A stretch of DNA of 64,000 nucleotides from Bacteroidia bacterium (GTDB lineage: Bacteria > Bacteroidota > Bacteroidia > SpSt-205). The stretch is taken from contig JBCNVG010000013.1 of NCBI GenBank assembly GCA_039630325.1, positions 48,396-112,395 on the forward strand, written 5' to 3'. The first letter of the stretch is position 1; every line of letters starts with the position of its first letter. Shown piece after piece: positions 1 to 9,832 of the stretch. Under the pieces are notes generated by a model. That model searched no databases. It was not told the DNA's origin and saw only the letters and a list, made by a program, of their open reading frames with translations. The translations under genes were made by a program, and so were the position numbers.

Positions 1-857
1 GGCTGGACATGCTGTAAGTATAGGCGCCAGGCTTCTTCTGCTCGATCGGGCAAAAGAGTCTGCATTTGCCTATGAAGCGCCTCGGGATCTGAAGGCGGCG
101 GGAGTTGAGCGAGTTTTTCAGCTTCTGGGGGTCGAAAAGCCAAAAGATGACCTATCTCGGCCGCCGAAAAGACCCTACTTTCTCGAATGTCTCGGGGAAG
201 CTCATGCCAAGCCAGTATTTCGGCGGGATTTCGGGGCTGCTTCATCCAAAATACCGAATCGGGAGTTATTCGAGCATACCAGAAGCCCCCCAGCCGAGCG
301 ATCACATCCATTTTGCGAGGATCGGGAAGGCCTTTGTCATTCAGGATGCTTTCGGCCAAGTGCAGGCGTAAGATATCCACCAAGATCAGTTGGCCAGCCC
401 CTGGTGTGTCTCCCAAGGAAATGATCTGACGAACTCGAGCTTCCATCTGTACAGGAGTACCAGCGATGCGAGGAGGACGCACCACCTCCGAAGGGAGCAC
501 CTCTAATCCCGCTCGCTCAATCTCATTCACGCCATGATCATACTCGCCCGTAGTGATATTCATGCGGGCCGCCAAGCTGTAAGGCACCAGATGGATAACA
601 CACTCTGGCACCTCTAAGAGGTTGAGATGGGTATCTTTGGGCTTGCCAGTGCGAGCACTGGTGCTTGGGGAAAAGGCTGCTACCGGCGGCTTGCTGCTAA
701 ATACATTGAAGTAGCTGAAGGGAGCAAGATTAAGGCGGCCTTCTTTGTCCATCGTAGTAACCCAAGCGATCGGACGAGGAATAACGCTACCTATCATGTA
801 GGGATGCCAATCAGGTAGCGAAAAATCAGCAGGATTAAGAGTGCGGTAGGTAGTCAT
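1..857 (-). CDS. Flavin reductase-like FMN-binding domain protein (partial, 3' end off-window)
   Basis: I translated the minus strand from an ATG at 857. The reading frame stays open to position 1 and gives MTTYRTLNPADF...PRPIAWVTTMDKEGRLNLAPFSYFNVFSSKPPVAAFSP, a flavin-reductase-like split-barrel signature. It is not in the ORF track because the stop lies off-window. The ATG overlaps the TGA of the downstream gene by 4 nt (ATGA). Confidence 0.5.
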   Translation of the reverse strand, partial: MTTYRTLNPADFSLPDWHPYMIGSVIPRPIAWVTTMDKEGRLNLAPFSYFNVFSSKPPVAAFSPSTSARTGKPKDTHLNLLEVPECVIHLVPYSLAARMNITTGEYDHGVNEIERAGLEVLPSEVVRPPRIAGTPVQMEARVRQIISLGDTPGAGQLILVDILRLHLAESILNDKGLPDPRKMDVIARLGGFWYARITPDSVFWMKQPRNPAEILAWHELPRDIRESRVFSAAEIGHLLAFRPPEAEKLAQLPPPSDPEALHRQMQTLLPDRAEEAWRLYLQHVQ

Positions 858-2065
858 ATGACTTGCAGGCGCAAACTTAAGACTCTTTTAGGTGTAGAAG
901 CCAAAACCTCCCACCGAAATCCATATGCCTCCCAGGTAGTCCCCTTAGGAGGAATGTACCCTAAAAAGTGCAGAGCTAATCCACCCAAAGTCACGGCCAG
1001 CTCCCGGGGTAATCCTAACGCATACTTTTCGTTCAAATAGTCAATCTCCAGCGAAGCGTCCAGCTCATACACGCCTGGGGCAGGTAGGCGCTCTAAATGG
1101 TTAGGCTGCTCTTCATGTTCATCTTGGATTTCGCCAAAAACCTCTTCCACCAAATCCTCAGTCGTGACAATCCCCGCCATCCCCCCCCGAGCATCCACGA
1201 CCACCGCCAAGGTAGCTTTTTCCCGAACAAGTTGTTCTAATAGGCGAGTAGCTGGCATACTTTCAGGCACAAAGCTGACGGGCTCTACCAGGTCTTGGAT
1301 AGACTTTGCTCGCTTCATCAGAGAGCGCACATACACATACCCCTTGATATGGTCTAAGTCTCCTTCGTACACCAGCACTCGCGATCGCTCAGATTTGATA
1401 AAAGTCTGGCGAAGCTCTTCCAAGGAGGCATCCAAACTGATTGCCACCACTTGGGGGCGCGGTACCATAAACTCGCGGACAGGCGTTTCATTGAGGGCCA
1501 GGGCTTTGGTTAGGACTTTTTGGAGATGGGGCTCGGGCGTCTCTACGAAATGAGATAAACCCTCGCGTGAAAGTGGCTTATAGAAAGCATGTTCACGAAG
1601 GCGGAATGCGGCATATAAACTTCGAGTCAGCCAGTAGACTATTTCCACCACGGGAAATAAGAGCGCGTACATCGCCCCGGTGAAAGGCACTACCGCTGGC
1701 AGCAGAGCGGCTTGCCAGCGACGAAATAATGTCTTGGGAAGGTATTCCCCAGCGATGAGGAGGAGTATCCCCCCTATGATCGTCTCAACCCAAAACCGTA
1801 CTTCGGCCCCCCATTCCCTCAGCGGAAAAAGGAACGCACTCAAAGCTGCTGAAAATCCTACCAAGGCGAGATTGTTAGCTATGAGCAGCGTGATGAGAAG
1901 TCGCTGAGGATGCCTGAGGAAGAACTGCACAATTTGCCAACGGCGAGGATGGCGAATTCGCCACATTTCCCAGTATAATGGATTAGCACTGATCCAAGCC
2001 ATTTCCCCGCCAGAAGCCCATGCACTCAAGAGCAGCGCCAAAAGGCCTAATAGGAGCCAGCTCAT
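854..2065 (-). CDS. gldE: CNNM-family membrane protein (DUF21 TM domain + tandem CBS + CorC_HlyC), GldE-like
   Basis: Hydrophobic N-terminal DUF21 region, a CBS pair (VREFMVPRPQVVAISLD...VLVYEGDLDHIKGYVYVRSL) and a CorC/HlyC C-terminus. The probable start is the internal ATG at 2065 (MSWLLLGLL), which overlaps the upstream gene's stop as ATGA. The track ORF extends to 2218. Confidence 0.7.
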   Translation of the reverse strand: MSWLLLGLLALLLSAWASGGEMAWISANPLYWEMWRIRHPRRWQIVQFFLRHPQRLLITLLIANNLALVGFSAALSAFLFPLREWGAEVRFWVETIIGGILLLIAGEYLPKTLFRRWQAALLPAVVPFTGAMYALLFPVVEIVYWLTRSLYAAFRLREHAFYKPLSREGLSHFVETPEPHLQKVLTKALALNETPVREFMVPRPQVVAISLDASLEELRQTFIKSERSRVLVYEGDLDHIKGYVYVRSLMKRAKSIQDLVEPVSFVPESMPATRLLEQLVREKATLAVVVDARGGMAGIVTTEDLVEEVFGEIQDEHEEQPNHLERLPAPGVYELDASLEIDYLNEKYALGLPRELAVTLGGLALHFLGYIPPKGTTWEAYGFRWEVLASTPKRVLSLRLQVI

Positions 2066-2619
2066 GGCACGGGGGATTGAATAGTTCCTCGTAGGCGTCG
2101 TAGCCGATAAGTACGAGCTTTTACATTGTATTCCAACTCCTCTCCGCGCAAAACTTCTTCCGGGGTTTCTAATCGTACCCAGCCCCGTGCTGTCATGAGA
2201 TCCTTGCCCTGTTCCCAAACCAAGTAGTCAGTCTGCAATCGAAGCCGATCTGCTGTCTCTAAGAGAACATTTTTCTCTGCCACATACACCTCGCGCTCAG
2301 GATAAGCCCGGGCGGCCTCGCTACGAAGCGTTTCTAAGGTCTCACCCCGAGCATTTTTATGGATAGCATAAACCTGACCTTTCAAAGCCCAGTAGGTAGA
2401 ATCGCCCTCTTTTACTTTCACTACCCGCTGGGCAGACACATATATGTATTCCCCAGCGGTATCTACCCATTCCAGCGTGTATCCCCGAACCTCGTAAGGA
2501 GGTATGCTTTGCCGCTGAAGTATCCACTCTGGGGAACGGGGATTCGCTTCTTTTTTGTGTGAACGGCACCCTGCACCGACCACTACAAGGACACAGAGCA
2601 TTATCGCACGACTATTCAT
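2062..2619 (-). CDS. LptC-like (OstA-family) periplasmic lipoprotein
   Basis: 185 aa with signal/lipobox-like MLCVLVVVGAGC. The beta-rich pattern (GYTLEWVD...YIYVSAQRVVKVKEGD...KGQVYAI...YVAEKNVLLETADRL) resembles the LptC/OstA fold. It sits immediately upstream of the CorC-like gene, a pairing typical in Bacteroidota. Confidence 0.45.
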   Translation of the reverse strand: MNSRAIMLCVLVVVGAGCRSHKKEANPRSPEWILQRQSIPPYEVRGYTLEWVDTAGEYIYVSAQRVVKVKEGDSTYWALKGQVYAIHKNARGETLETLRSEAARAYPEREVYVAEKNVLLETADRLRLQTDYLVWEQGKDLMTARGWVRLETPEEVLRGEELEYNVKARTYRLRRLRGTIQSPVP

Positions 2620-2730
2620 GTACTACTTGAAGGCTTCGCTCAGAGATCACCTCTCACACTGCCCAAAATAGGTAAATAGCATTCAAAACTTTACCCCCAA
2701 TCAAGATTTCTACCGTCGAGAAGTATAGCA

Positions 2731-3147
2731 TCATTGACGATGTCTTTTAGGAGGAGAGGAAGAATTGGCCTCAACTTTCTGGAGGGCATCTTCTCCAGTC
2801 CAGCAGCGGATCTCTAATCTGGCACCTTTTTGACACTCTATCTGGCGCGCTCTGATTTCTCCCTGAACATAAGCAGTCGAGGCGACTTCTATGCTCTCTT
2901 CCGCAATAATCTCCCCCGTAAAATGCCCTGCAACATGAATTTGCTTGGCGTGGATGATGCCATCTACGGTGGCGGAAGGAGCAATCACTAGGCGACCCTC
3001 CACGCGGAGCGTGCCTCGGTAGGTGCCTTCTATGCGAAGGTTACCCGGCGTATGAAGCTCTCCCCTCGTTTCACTGCCCTCTCCTAATAGAGAGAGAGCT
3101 TTTTCGTGAGCTGTACTGGTGCCAGAGTGATTTTTCCAAAAGCTCAC
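2731..3147 (-). CDS. Bactofilin (polymer-forming cytoskeletal protein, DUF583)
   Basis: 138 aa with a repetitive beta-helical core (LRIEGTYRGTLRVEGRLVIAPSATVDGIIHAKQIHVAGHFTGEIIAEESIEVASTAYVQGEIRAR) typical of bactofilins. Confidence 0.7.
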   Translation of the reverse strand: MSFWKNHSGTSTAHEKALSLLGEGSETRGELHTPGNLRIEGTYRGTLRVEGRLVIAPSATVDGIIHAKQIHVAGHFTGEIIAEESIEVASTAYVQGEIRARQIECQKGARLEIRCWTGEDALQKVEANSSSPPKRHRQ

Positions 3148-3206
3148 GCAGCAAATATACTTAGCTACTCTGATTTATTGCCTCAATCTTCTATAATCAC
3201 TGAGCC

Positions 3207-3983
3207 TTATTTTCGAGGAAAAATGCCGTAAATGCTGCTGCCACTCCCATTCATGCTGGCATATAAGGCCCCAGCGTCGTACAAGGCTTTTTTGAAAGTG
3301 AGGAGAGTCGGATAAAGCTGAAAGCTTACATTCTCAAGGTCATTGTGGAGATGCTCGCGCCACATTCCTATCCCACTACTAAGAATAGGCCGAATAGAGG
3401 TACGACTCCAATGGGAGCTTCGCAAACCGCGATACACGTGCTTAGTGGAGCAAGGTACAGGCGGAGTCAGCATAACAACCTCATAAGCGCTGAGGTCTAT
3501 GGAAAAAGGCGTAAGCCGGGTTCCTGTATCTGTGGCAAGCATGGGGCCCTCGTAGAGGAAAAAAGGCACATCACTACCCACTTGGGCTCCCACTTCATGC
3601 AAAAGGGAAGTTGGCAGCTCTAATATTTCTTGCATGATACGCAAAAACGCTCCACTATTACTTGAGCCGCCGCCTAAGCCAGCACTGATAGGTATCCTCT
3701 TGTGTAAGCGGACCGACATCGCTGGCAGGGGGCGCCCGAGTTTCTCGCGCAAGAGGCGGTAGGTGGTCTCCAGGTAATTTTCCTCTGAATCTGGTATTTC
3801 CATCCCAGTGATATGGAGCTCCAATCTGTCGTGCCCAGGCAAAAGACGCACTTCTAAGTCATCATACAACTCTGGATAGGGTACTAAGAGCGTCTCTAAA
3901 ATGTGGTATCCATCAGGCCATCGTCCGATGATATGAAGGCCAAGATTGAACTTAGCGATACTGGTAGCGTAGTAAGTAGTCAT
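3207..3983 (-). CDS. ispE: 4-diphosphocytidyl-2-C-methyl-D-erythritol kinase
   Basis: GHMP-kinase motif PISAGLGGGSSNSGA, length 258 aa, overall IspE architecture. Confidence 0.85.
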   Translation of the reverse strand: MTTYYATSIAKFNLGLHIIGRWPDGYHILETLLVPYPELYDDLEVRLLPGHDRLELHITGMEIPDSEENYLETTYRLLREKLGRPLPAMSVRLHKRIPISAGLGGGSSNSGAFLRIMQEILELPTSLLHEVGAQVGSDVPFFLYEGPMLATDTGTRLTPFSIDLSAYEVVMLTPPVPCSTKHVYRGLRSSHWSRTSIRPILSSGIGMWREHLHNDLENVSFQLYPTLLTFKKALYDAGALYASMNGSGSSIYGIFPRK

Positions 3984-4885
3984 AGCAGCTTCTGACGCTT
4001 CAAAAGATAGCGACGCAAAGGTTCAAAAAAGTCTGAGCCCATATCCACTTCTACCCAATCTATACGATGACCGATGCAAAAGGACTTCAAGCGATATTCC
4101 CACCGCTGGAAATGCATCTGATATAAAGCCTGCATTTCGAGGGGATGGATTTTTACCTCTCGGCGAGACTCCAGGTCGATCAAACGCAGAGGCTCTAAGG
4201 GAAGCTCAAAGCGCTTCTCGGTTCGCTCATCCCATATTCGGAAAAATATCACTTCATGCCCTTCGTAACGCAGACGAGCTAAGCTGCGCATGAACGCCTC
4301 CTCTGCTTCGGGAAGAACGAAACCGTCACTAAGGATTAAGACAAGGCTACGACGACGCAAACGCTCGGCTACTACCTTCAAAGCCTGAGGGAGCCTGGTC
4401 AAATGCCCCTCCCCTTTCTTTCTCCTCAGAGACTCTAACTCCAAGAGAACTTTTCGGAGCCAAGTTTGACGCGCCCGCGCCGGCAGTAGCTGATGAATCG
4501 TCTCATCAAATACATACAATCCCACCGCATCCCGCTGCTGAATAAGAAGGTAAGCCAAAGCCGCCCCCAGAAATAATGCATAGTCTAACTTCGTGTATGG
4601 GGCTTTTGGAGGATAGTTCATGGAACTGCTTGTATCTATGAGAAGATAAGCCCGAAGGTTCGTCTCTTCTTGATAACGGCGAGTATAGAGCTTCTCGCTA
4701 CGAGCGAATACTCGCCAATCTATCTTTTCAAGCCCTTCACCTGGCTGGTAGGGGCGATATTCTGAAAACTCTACCGAAAAACCCTGATAAGGACTACGAT
4801 GAAGCCCTACCAGGAATCCCTCCACAATCTGGCGGGCAATAATTTCCAGGTTCGCTAACTGAGCTGCCTGTTCTGGCCTAATCAC
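3980..4885 (-). CDS. DUF58 domain protein (vWA-like, usually MoxR-associated)
   Basis: N-terminal DUF58 signature (QGFSVEFSEYRPYQPGEGLEKIDWRVFARSEKLYTRRY...LIDTSSSM). Its 4-nt overlap with ispE links it to that gene. Confidence 0.75.
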   Translation of the reverse strand: MIRPEQAAQLANLEIIARQIVEGFLVGLHRSPYQGFSVEFSEYRPYQPGEGLEKIDWRVFARSEKLYTRRYQEETNLRAYLLIDTSSSMNYPPKAPYTKLDYALFLGAALAYLLIQQRDAVGLYVFDETIHQLLPARARQTWLRKVLLELESLRRKKGEGHLTRLPQALKVVAERLRRRSLVLILSDGFVLPEAEEAFMRSLARLRYEGHEVIFFRIWDERTEKRFELPLEPLRLIDLESRREVKIHPLEMQALYQMHFQRWEYRLKSFCIGHRIDWVEVDMGSDFFEPLRRYLLKRQKLL

Positions 4886-5604
4886 AACTCTTCCAAATCT
4901 ACACCCTCCAAGTCAATCTCCTCCTCTTCTTCCATACCTTCGGGAAAGTCCATTTGAAAATCATAATCATCTTCCAAGTCCAGTTCCTCCTCCGTTTCAA
5001 TGGAAGGAAGTGCTTCCTCTCTAAGCAGCTTGTCAGGAGGTATATCTATTTCACCCAAGTCAAGTCCCAGTCCTTCTGCCTCATTGGATGTAGTAGACTT
5101 CGTTGCATTAGAGCCTCCAGAAGCCCCAAGGGAAGGCGAAGATACCCGCCCAGACAGAACCTTCTGAGTATGAGAAGAAGGAGATGCTGGAAGAAGAGCT
5201 GACCTCAAAGCGCTGGGAGTAGGTAACTCAGCATCCGTGATATACACCCGAGTAAAGGCCAAAACGGGACGAGATTGACGGGGCGGATAAACAAAAACAT
5301 GGTAGATTCCTCTCTTGCGAAAAATCAGTCGGCCCCAGTAAAGATTACGATTAACCTTTGAGCGATACAAAGCAAAGACGGACGCTGATCTCTTGGAAGA
5401 ACGCACCACTGCCCAGAGCGTATCTGGAGCTGGTGATGCCACAAATCTGGCTTCCATCCAGAGGTATAGTGGCGCTACCCGCAGCTGAAAAACGGTATCC
5501 ACTTCTAAAAGCCGATCCTGTGGCCCTATACCTTTCCCTACCCGAAGCTTCCCCTGAGTATAAATGAAGGCAGGCAAGCAGAAAAGGGAAATGCACCAGC
5601 GCAT
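4882..5604 (-). CDS. Hypothetical protein with a strongly acidic C-terminal tail
   Basis: 240-aa ORF that overlaps the DUF58 gene by 4 nt. No recognisable domain. The C-terminus (EEELDLEDDYDFQMDFPEGMEEEEEIDLEGVDLEEL) is low-complexity acidic. Confidence 0.35.
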   Translation of the reverse strand: MRWCISLFCLPAFIYTQGKLRVGKGIGPQDRLLEVDTVFQLRVAPLYLWMEARFVASPAPDTLWAVVRSSKRSASVFALYRSKVNRNLYWGRLIFRKRGIYHVFVYPPRQSRPVLAFTRVYITDAELPTPSALRSALLPASPSSHTQKVLSGRVSSPSLGASGGSNATKSTTSNEAEGLGLDLGEIDIPPDKLLREEALPSIETEEELDLEDDYDFQMDFPEGMEEEEEIDLEGVDLEEL

Positions 5605-5657
5605 TTATTCAAATGTACAACCGCTTGGCCAGCCGTTGTGATATTTTTTTCATGTGA

Positions 5658-6434
5658 CTACTTGCGCACCAGGAGATATAACCCAATGAGAATAAGTGGC
5701 AAACTCAAAAGCTGCCCCATATTCAGCGGTAGACCTATATGAAAAGCTTCTTGCGGCTCCTTGACAAACTCTACAAGGAAGCGCGAGCCAAAAACCCATA
5801 GCAAAAATAATCCCAGAGGCTTACCTGGCTTCCACTGGAGAAAGCTCCCCCGCCAATAGAGGAAAAATAGCAGGAAAAAAAGCATGAGATAAATGAGGGA
5901 TTCATATAACTGCGTAGGATGCCGTGGATGAGGATCTACCCGCTCAAAAATAAACGCCCAAGGTACCGTGGTAATTTTTCCGAAGATTTCAGAGTTGAAT
6001 AGATTACCCAGTCGAATGAGAGAAGCCGTCAAAGCGGTCGGTATAGTTAGTCTATCAGCTAACCATAAAAAAGGCTGATTGGGCCGGCGGATCGCATATA
6101 AGTAGAGAGCAAGGAATACACCTATGGTTCCGCCATGACTGGCGAGTCCGCCTTCCCAAATTTTGAGTATTTCCATTGGATTAGCTAAGTAGTACTCTGG
6201 CTCGTAAAATAAGCAGTGTCCAAGCCGAGCCCCTACAATGGTACCCACCAAAATGTAGCCCAAAAGGGTATCTAAGTCTTTTTCAGGGCGAGCCTCTCGA
6301 CGATAAATGCGTTGCATAATGTAGAAGCCAAGCATAAATCCCGTCGCGAAGAGCAGGCCGTACCAGCGCAGCTGAATGGAGCCAATCGTGAGAAGCTCGG
6401 GACTCACATTCCATCGGATATACAAAGGGGTCAT
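5658..6434 (-). CDS. lgt: Prolipoprotein diacylglyceryl transferase
   Basis: Polytopic membrane protein with conserved Lgt motifs (YGLLFATGF..., GGLASHGG, RLGNLFNSE). Confidence 0.9.
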   Translation of the reverse strand: MTPLYIRWNVSPELLTIGSIQLRWYGLLFATGFMLGFYIMQRIYRREARPEKDLDTLLGYILVGTIVGARLGHCLFYEPEYYLANPMEILKIWEGGLASHGGTIGVFLALYLYAIRRPNQPFLWLADRLTIPTALTASLIRLGNLFNSEIFGKITTVPWAFIFERVDPHPRHPTQLYESLIYLMLFFLLFFLYWRGSFLQWKPGKPLGLFLLWVFGSRFLVEFVKEPQEAFHIGLPLNMGQLLSLPLILIGLYLLVRK

Positions 6435-7261
6435 AAACTATTGAGAAAAGTCAAAATGTCTTCGTAGACTTTTTCTCGGAAGGTCTCATGTAGTGGCTCA
6501 TGATAGGCATTTTCATAAGGAATAAGCTGCTTGTGAGCAGCAGGTAGGTGATGGAAAAATCGCTGAGTCGCTTCAGAATCGCATACTGGATCATCTTTGG
6601 GCAAAAGGAATAAATATCGACCCTCAGTCAGTCGGGGAAGGTCTTTCCACAATTCTACTTGCGCCCGCTGTACAGCCGCAAACCATCCAGCCGTCGCCGT
6701 ACGAAATACCATCGGATCCTGCGCATAAGCCAAGGCGGCTGCCTCATCATGCGTCAGGTGTTTGGGGTCTAACCCCGATGGCAGAGTTAAGGTAGGAAAA
6801 AAGCGCGCAGCCACCTGCCCTAAGGCTTTCTTCCAGGCAGGCACTTCTAAACGTAACTGAATAAGAGGTGCGCTAAGAATCACAGCCCTCGGTGACCATA
6901 GCTCAAAGTATTTCTGACAATAGCGTAGGCTGATAAGACCGCCTAAAGAATGTCCAACAAGTACCGTAGGTTCCACAAGCTTTTCTTGCCAGTGAGTACG
7001 TGTAGCCGTGAGATCATACAGATACTCCTCTAAGTCTGTGATAAAACCGCGCCTTCCCGTAGAACGGCCATGACCCCGTAAATCCCAAGCAACACTACCC
7101 CAGCCATTGGCAGATAGATATTTGATGACCGCCTCATAACGTCCGCTATGTTCCGCATAACCATGAACCCAAAGAATGCTCCCTCGCGACTTGGCAGTAG
7201 GTGGATACCAGACAGTATATAACCTCTCACCCTGATAGCCAGCGATAGTGTGAATGTGCAT
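6431..7261 (-). CDS. Alpha/beta hydrolase (lysophospholipase/monoacylglycerol-lipase-like)
   Basis: HGYAEHSGRY and the nucleophile elbow GHSLGG. The probable start is the internal ATG at 7261 (MHIHTIAG), since the track ORF N-terminus would overlap the upstream permease by about 118 nt. A 4-nt overlap with lgt follows. Confidence 0.7.
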   Translation of the reverse strand: MHIHTIAGYQGERLYTVWYPPTAKSRGSILWVHGYAEHSGRYEAVIKYLSANGWGSVAWDLRGHGRSTGRRGFITDLEEYLYDLTATRTHWQEKLVEPTVLVGHSLGGLISLRYCQKYFELWSPRAVILSAPLIQLRLEVPAWKKALGQVAARFFPTLTLPSGLDPKHLTHDEAAALAYAQDPMVFRTATAGWFAAVQRAQVELWKDLPRLTEGRYLFLLPKDDPVCDSEATQRFFHHLPAAHKQLIPYENAYHEPLHETFREKVYEDILTFLNSL

Positions 7262-7287
7262 CTCCACCTCGCAAAGGTAGAAACTCT

Positions 7288-8514
7288 TCACTCGTAGCGT
7301 AAAGCCTCTACTGGATGGAGACGAGAAGCCTCCAGAGCTGGTTGATACCCCGCCAAAATTCCTACAATGCCACTTAGAAGCACCGATAACAAGACCCATC
7401 GCCATGGCATCACGAAAGTACTCCCTATAAGTAATGCTACGACGTTCCCAATCAACAGCCCAACCAGAATGCCACCACCACCACCCAGCAAGGCAATGAC
7501 TACGGACTCCAATAGAAACTGTCGCCGAATCATCCCTCGCGTCGCTCCCAGAGCCATGCGTAAGCCTATTTCTTGGGTGCGCTCTTTGACCACCACCAGT
7601 AGAATGTTAGTAAGACTCAGGGCCGCACCAAAGAGGGTAATCAGACTGATTCCAATGGTAGCCAACGTAACGACGCGGAGCTGATCCAAAACAAAATCAG
7701 CAAGCTGCTCCCCTTGAACAATACTAAATGTATCCTGCTCTGCGGGACGCAGCCCTCTCACTACCCGCATAGCGAGACGGGCAGCTTGAATAACCTCTGG
7801 CACCTTTTCTACCGAAGGAGCACCAACATACAGCGAAACCGTGGGAAATCGGCTGTGATTTTGTGCCACCGTCCACGGCACAAAACATTCCCAGTCCAGA
7901 CTAAACCCGAATAAACTTCCCCTACGACTGAGAACACCTATTACTTTGTACAAACGCCCCTGAATGAGAACCCACCGGTGGAGCGGGGATTCATTTGGGA
8001 AAAGCTGTGCCACCAAGTTATCTCCAAGAACTATCACGGGCTGGCGGTGCAGAACCTCCGAATCAGTAAAAAATCGTCCAGAAGCCAATCTCAGTTCCTG
8101 AATACGAAAGTATTCTGGATCTACGCCGATAACTCGAACTTGAGCAGGCGTTTTGCGCGTGCCATGAAATGCTTGAGCACCGAAGCTAATCGGAATGTGC
8201 CGAGATACCTGTGCGCCTGGGTAGAAAAAAATCCGTTCAAAGCGAGCGATTTCCCATAAATGAATAGGCTCACCCTCCCCCCCCATCGAGAAGCGCCCCC
8301 GAGAGGTCCGAATGCGCACTTGAACCCCCCCACCACCCGATATGGAAAAAGCCTGGCTTCCCAACCCAGCCAGATTGCGAGCGATAAATGTACGCAGCGC
8401 CTCTAAAGAGGTCAAGATACCTACCAACGCAGTAGTACCGAATACCAATATACTCAGCGTGAGGGCGGCTCGTAAACGATATTCCCAAAGCGCCTTGAGA
8501 GCTTCGCGTATCAC
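7288..8514 (-). CDS. ABC transporter permease, MacB/LolCE (FtsX-like) family
   Basis: N-terminal TM helix, a large periplasmic domain, and a C-terminal FtsX 3-TM bundle (ERTQEIGLRMALGATRGMIRRQFLLESVVIALLGG...). No ATPase gene is adjacent. Confidence 0.75.
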   Translation of the reverse strand: MIREALKALWEYRLRAALTLSILVFGTTALVGILTSLEALRTFIARNLAGLGSQAFSISGGGGVQVRIRTSRGRFSMGGEGEPIHLWEIARFERIFFYPGAQVSRHIPISFGAQAFHGTRKTPAQVRVIGVDPEYFRIQELRLASGRFFTDSEVLHRQPVIVLGDNLVAQLFPNESPLHRWVLIQGRLYKVIGVLSRRGSLFGFSLDWECFVPWTVAQNHSRFPTVSLYVGAPSVEKVPEVIQAARLAMRVVRGLRPAEQDTFSIVQGEQLADFVLDQLRVVTLATIGISLITLFGAALSLTNILLVVVKERTQEIGLRMALGATRGMIRRQFLLESVVIALLGGGGGILVGLLIGNVVALLIGSTFVMPWRWVLLSVLLSGIVGILAGYQPALEASRLHPVEALRYE

Positions 8515-9782
8515 CCTTTAGCGATATCTGTGCGATAGTGACGCCCATCAAATGGGAGCTTTTCCAGTGCTGCATAGGCTCGAAGTCGAGCCTTCTCCAA
8601 AGTCTCATCAAATCCAACCGCAGTATAAACACGCCCACCAGTAGTACGAAGGTTATTTCCCTCCGCTGCCTCTACACCAGCCCAATATACATATGTATTT
8701 TCCCCCAAACGGCTCCCGCCTTCTTCCATAGGAGGAGGAGAGATGATATGTCCCTTCTGGGGAGCTTCAGGATACCCAGAAGTGGCAGCTACCACTCCCA
8801 CCGTGAAGCCTTGACGCAAACGAAGCTTCATCTCTCCTAACTTTTGAATGCTGTAGTAGTACAAAATCTCCTCCATAGAGTTTTCCACCAGAGGAAAAAT
8901 GAGCTGCGCTTCTGGATCTCCAAGCCGTACATTATACTCCAATACGTAGGGGTCCCCTTCTACCTTCATGAGACCAATAAATAAAAAACCATGGTACGGC
9001 GTACCTGCTTTGCGCAGGGCATGTAGGGTCGGTTCTATGACCTTCTCTTGTACAGACTCCAGCCACTGCGGCGTGTCGGCTGGGGCATAACCTCCCATAC
9101 CTCCTGTGTTAGGCCCATCATCTCCATCACCCAATCGCTTGTAGTCTCGAGCCGCAGGAAAAAGTACATATCCCTTCCCATCTGACAAAAGAATCACTGA
9201 ACGCTCTTCCCCACGAAGAAACTCTTCTACCACCACCGTGTGCCCAGAAGAACCAAACCGCCCCCCTGAAAAACATTCCCGCAGGAAAGTAATGGCCTCT
9301 TCTCGGGTTTGAGCAACGAGAACCCCCTTACCTCCCGCCAATCCACTAGCTTTCACTACGACAGGATAAGTAGCGCCATGAAGATAAGCCTCTGCATCGG
9401 CTTGCCGCAGCTTATCAAAGATCAGCGCAGAGGCGGTGGGTATACCTATCATCTCCATAAACTGCTTGGCTTTAGCCTTACTGCTTTCCAAAAACGCGAT
9501 CCTTTGTGGGGGAGCAATCACTGTAGCCAAATCATGGAGATCATCGTAAATTCCGCGAGCGATTGGCGCCTCAGGTCCGATGATGACATAGTTTATTTTG
9601 CTTCGGCGAATAAAGTCCCGCAAACGAGCGATCTCTGTCTCCTCTATAGCCACTCGCTGAATAGGTTCCTTCATTCCTGCGTTCCCTGGCGCTACGTAGA
9701 CTTCCATACCTTTGGACAATAAAGCCTTATGGGCGATAGCGTGCTCGCGTGCCCCCCGCCCTATAATCAGGAGCCGGGTCAT
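8511..9782 (-). CDS. purD: Phosphoribosylamine--glycine ligase
   Basis: MTRLLIIGRGAREHAIAHKA... and an ATP-grasp core. 423 aa. Confidence 0.9.
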   Translation of the reverse strand: MTRLLIIGRGAREHAIAHKALLSKGMEVYVAPGNAGMKEPIQRVAIEETEIARLRDFIRRSKINYVIIGPEAPIARGIYDDLHDLATVIAPPQRIAFLESSKAKAKQFMEMIGIPTASALIFDKLRQADAEAYLHGATYPVVVKASGLAGGKGVLVAQTREEAITFLRECFSGGRFGSSGHTVVVEEFLRGEERSVILLSDGKGYVLFPAARDYKRLGDGDDGPNTGGMGGYAPADTPQWLESVQEKVIEPTLHALRKAGTPYHGFLFIGLMKVEGDPYVLEYNVRLGDPEAQLIFPLVENSMEEILYYYSIQKLGEMKLRLRQGFTVGVVAATSGYPEAPQKGHIISPPPMEEGGSRLGENTYVYWAGVEAAEGNNLRTTGGRVYTAVGFDETLEKARLRAYAALEKLPFDGRHYRTDIAKG

Positions 9783-9832
9783 GTCTGCAAAAATACAGGC
9801 TCCAAATCACCCATAGTTTTCAGGGGACGGCC

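Noticed and set aside
105-818. Three short plus-strand ORFs at the window start
   Set aside because: They are antisense to the partial flavin-reductase-like minus-strand gene, which has a continuous frame and a recognisable domain.
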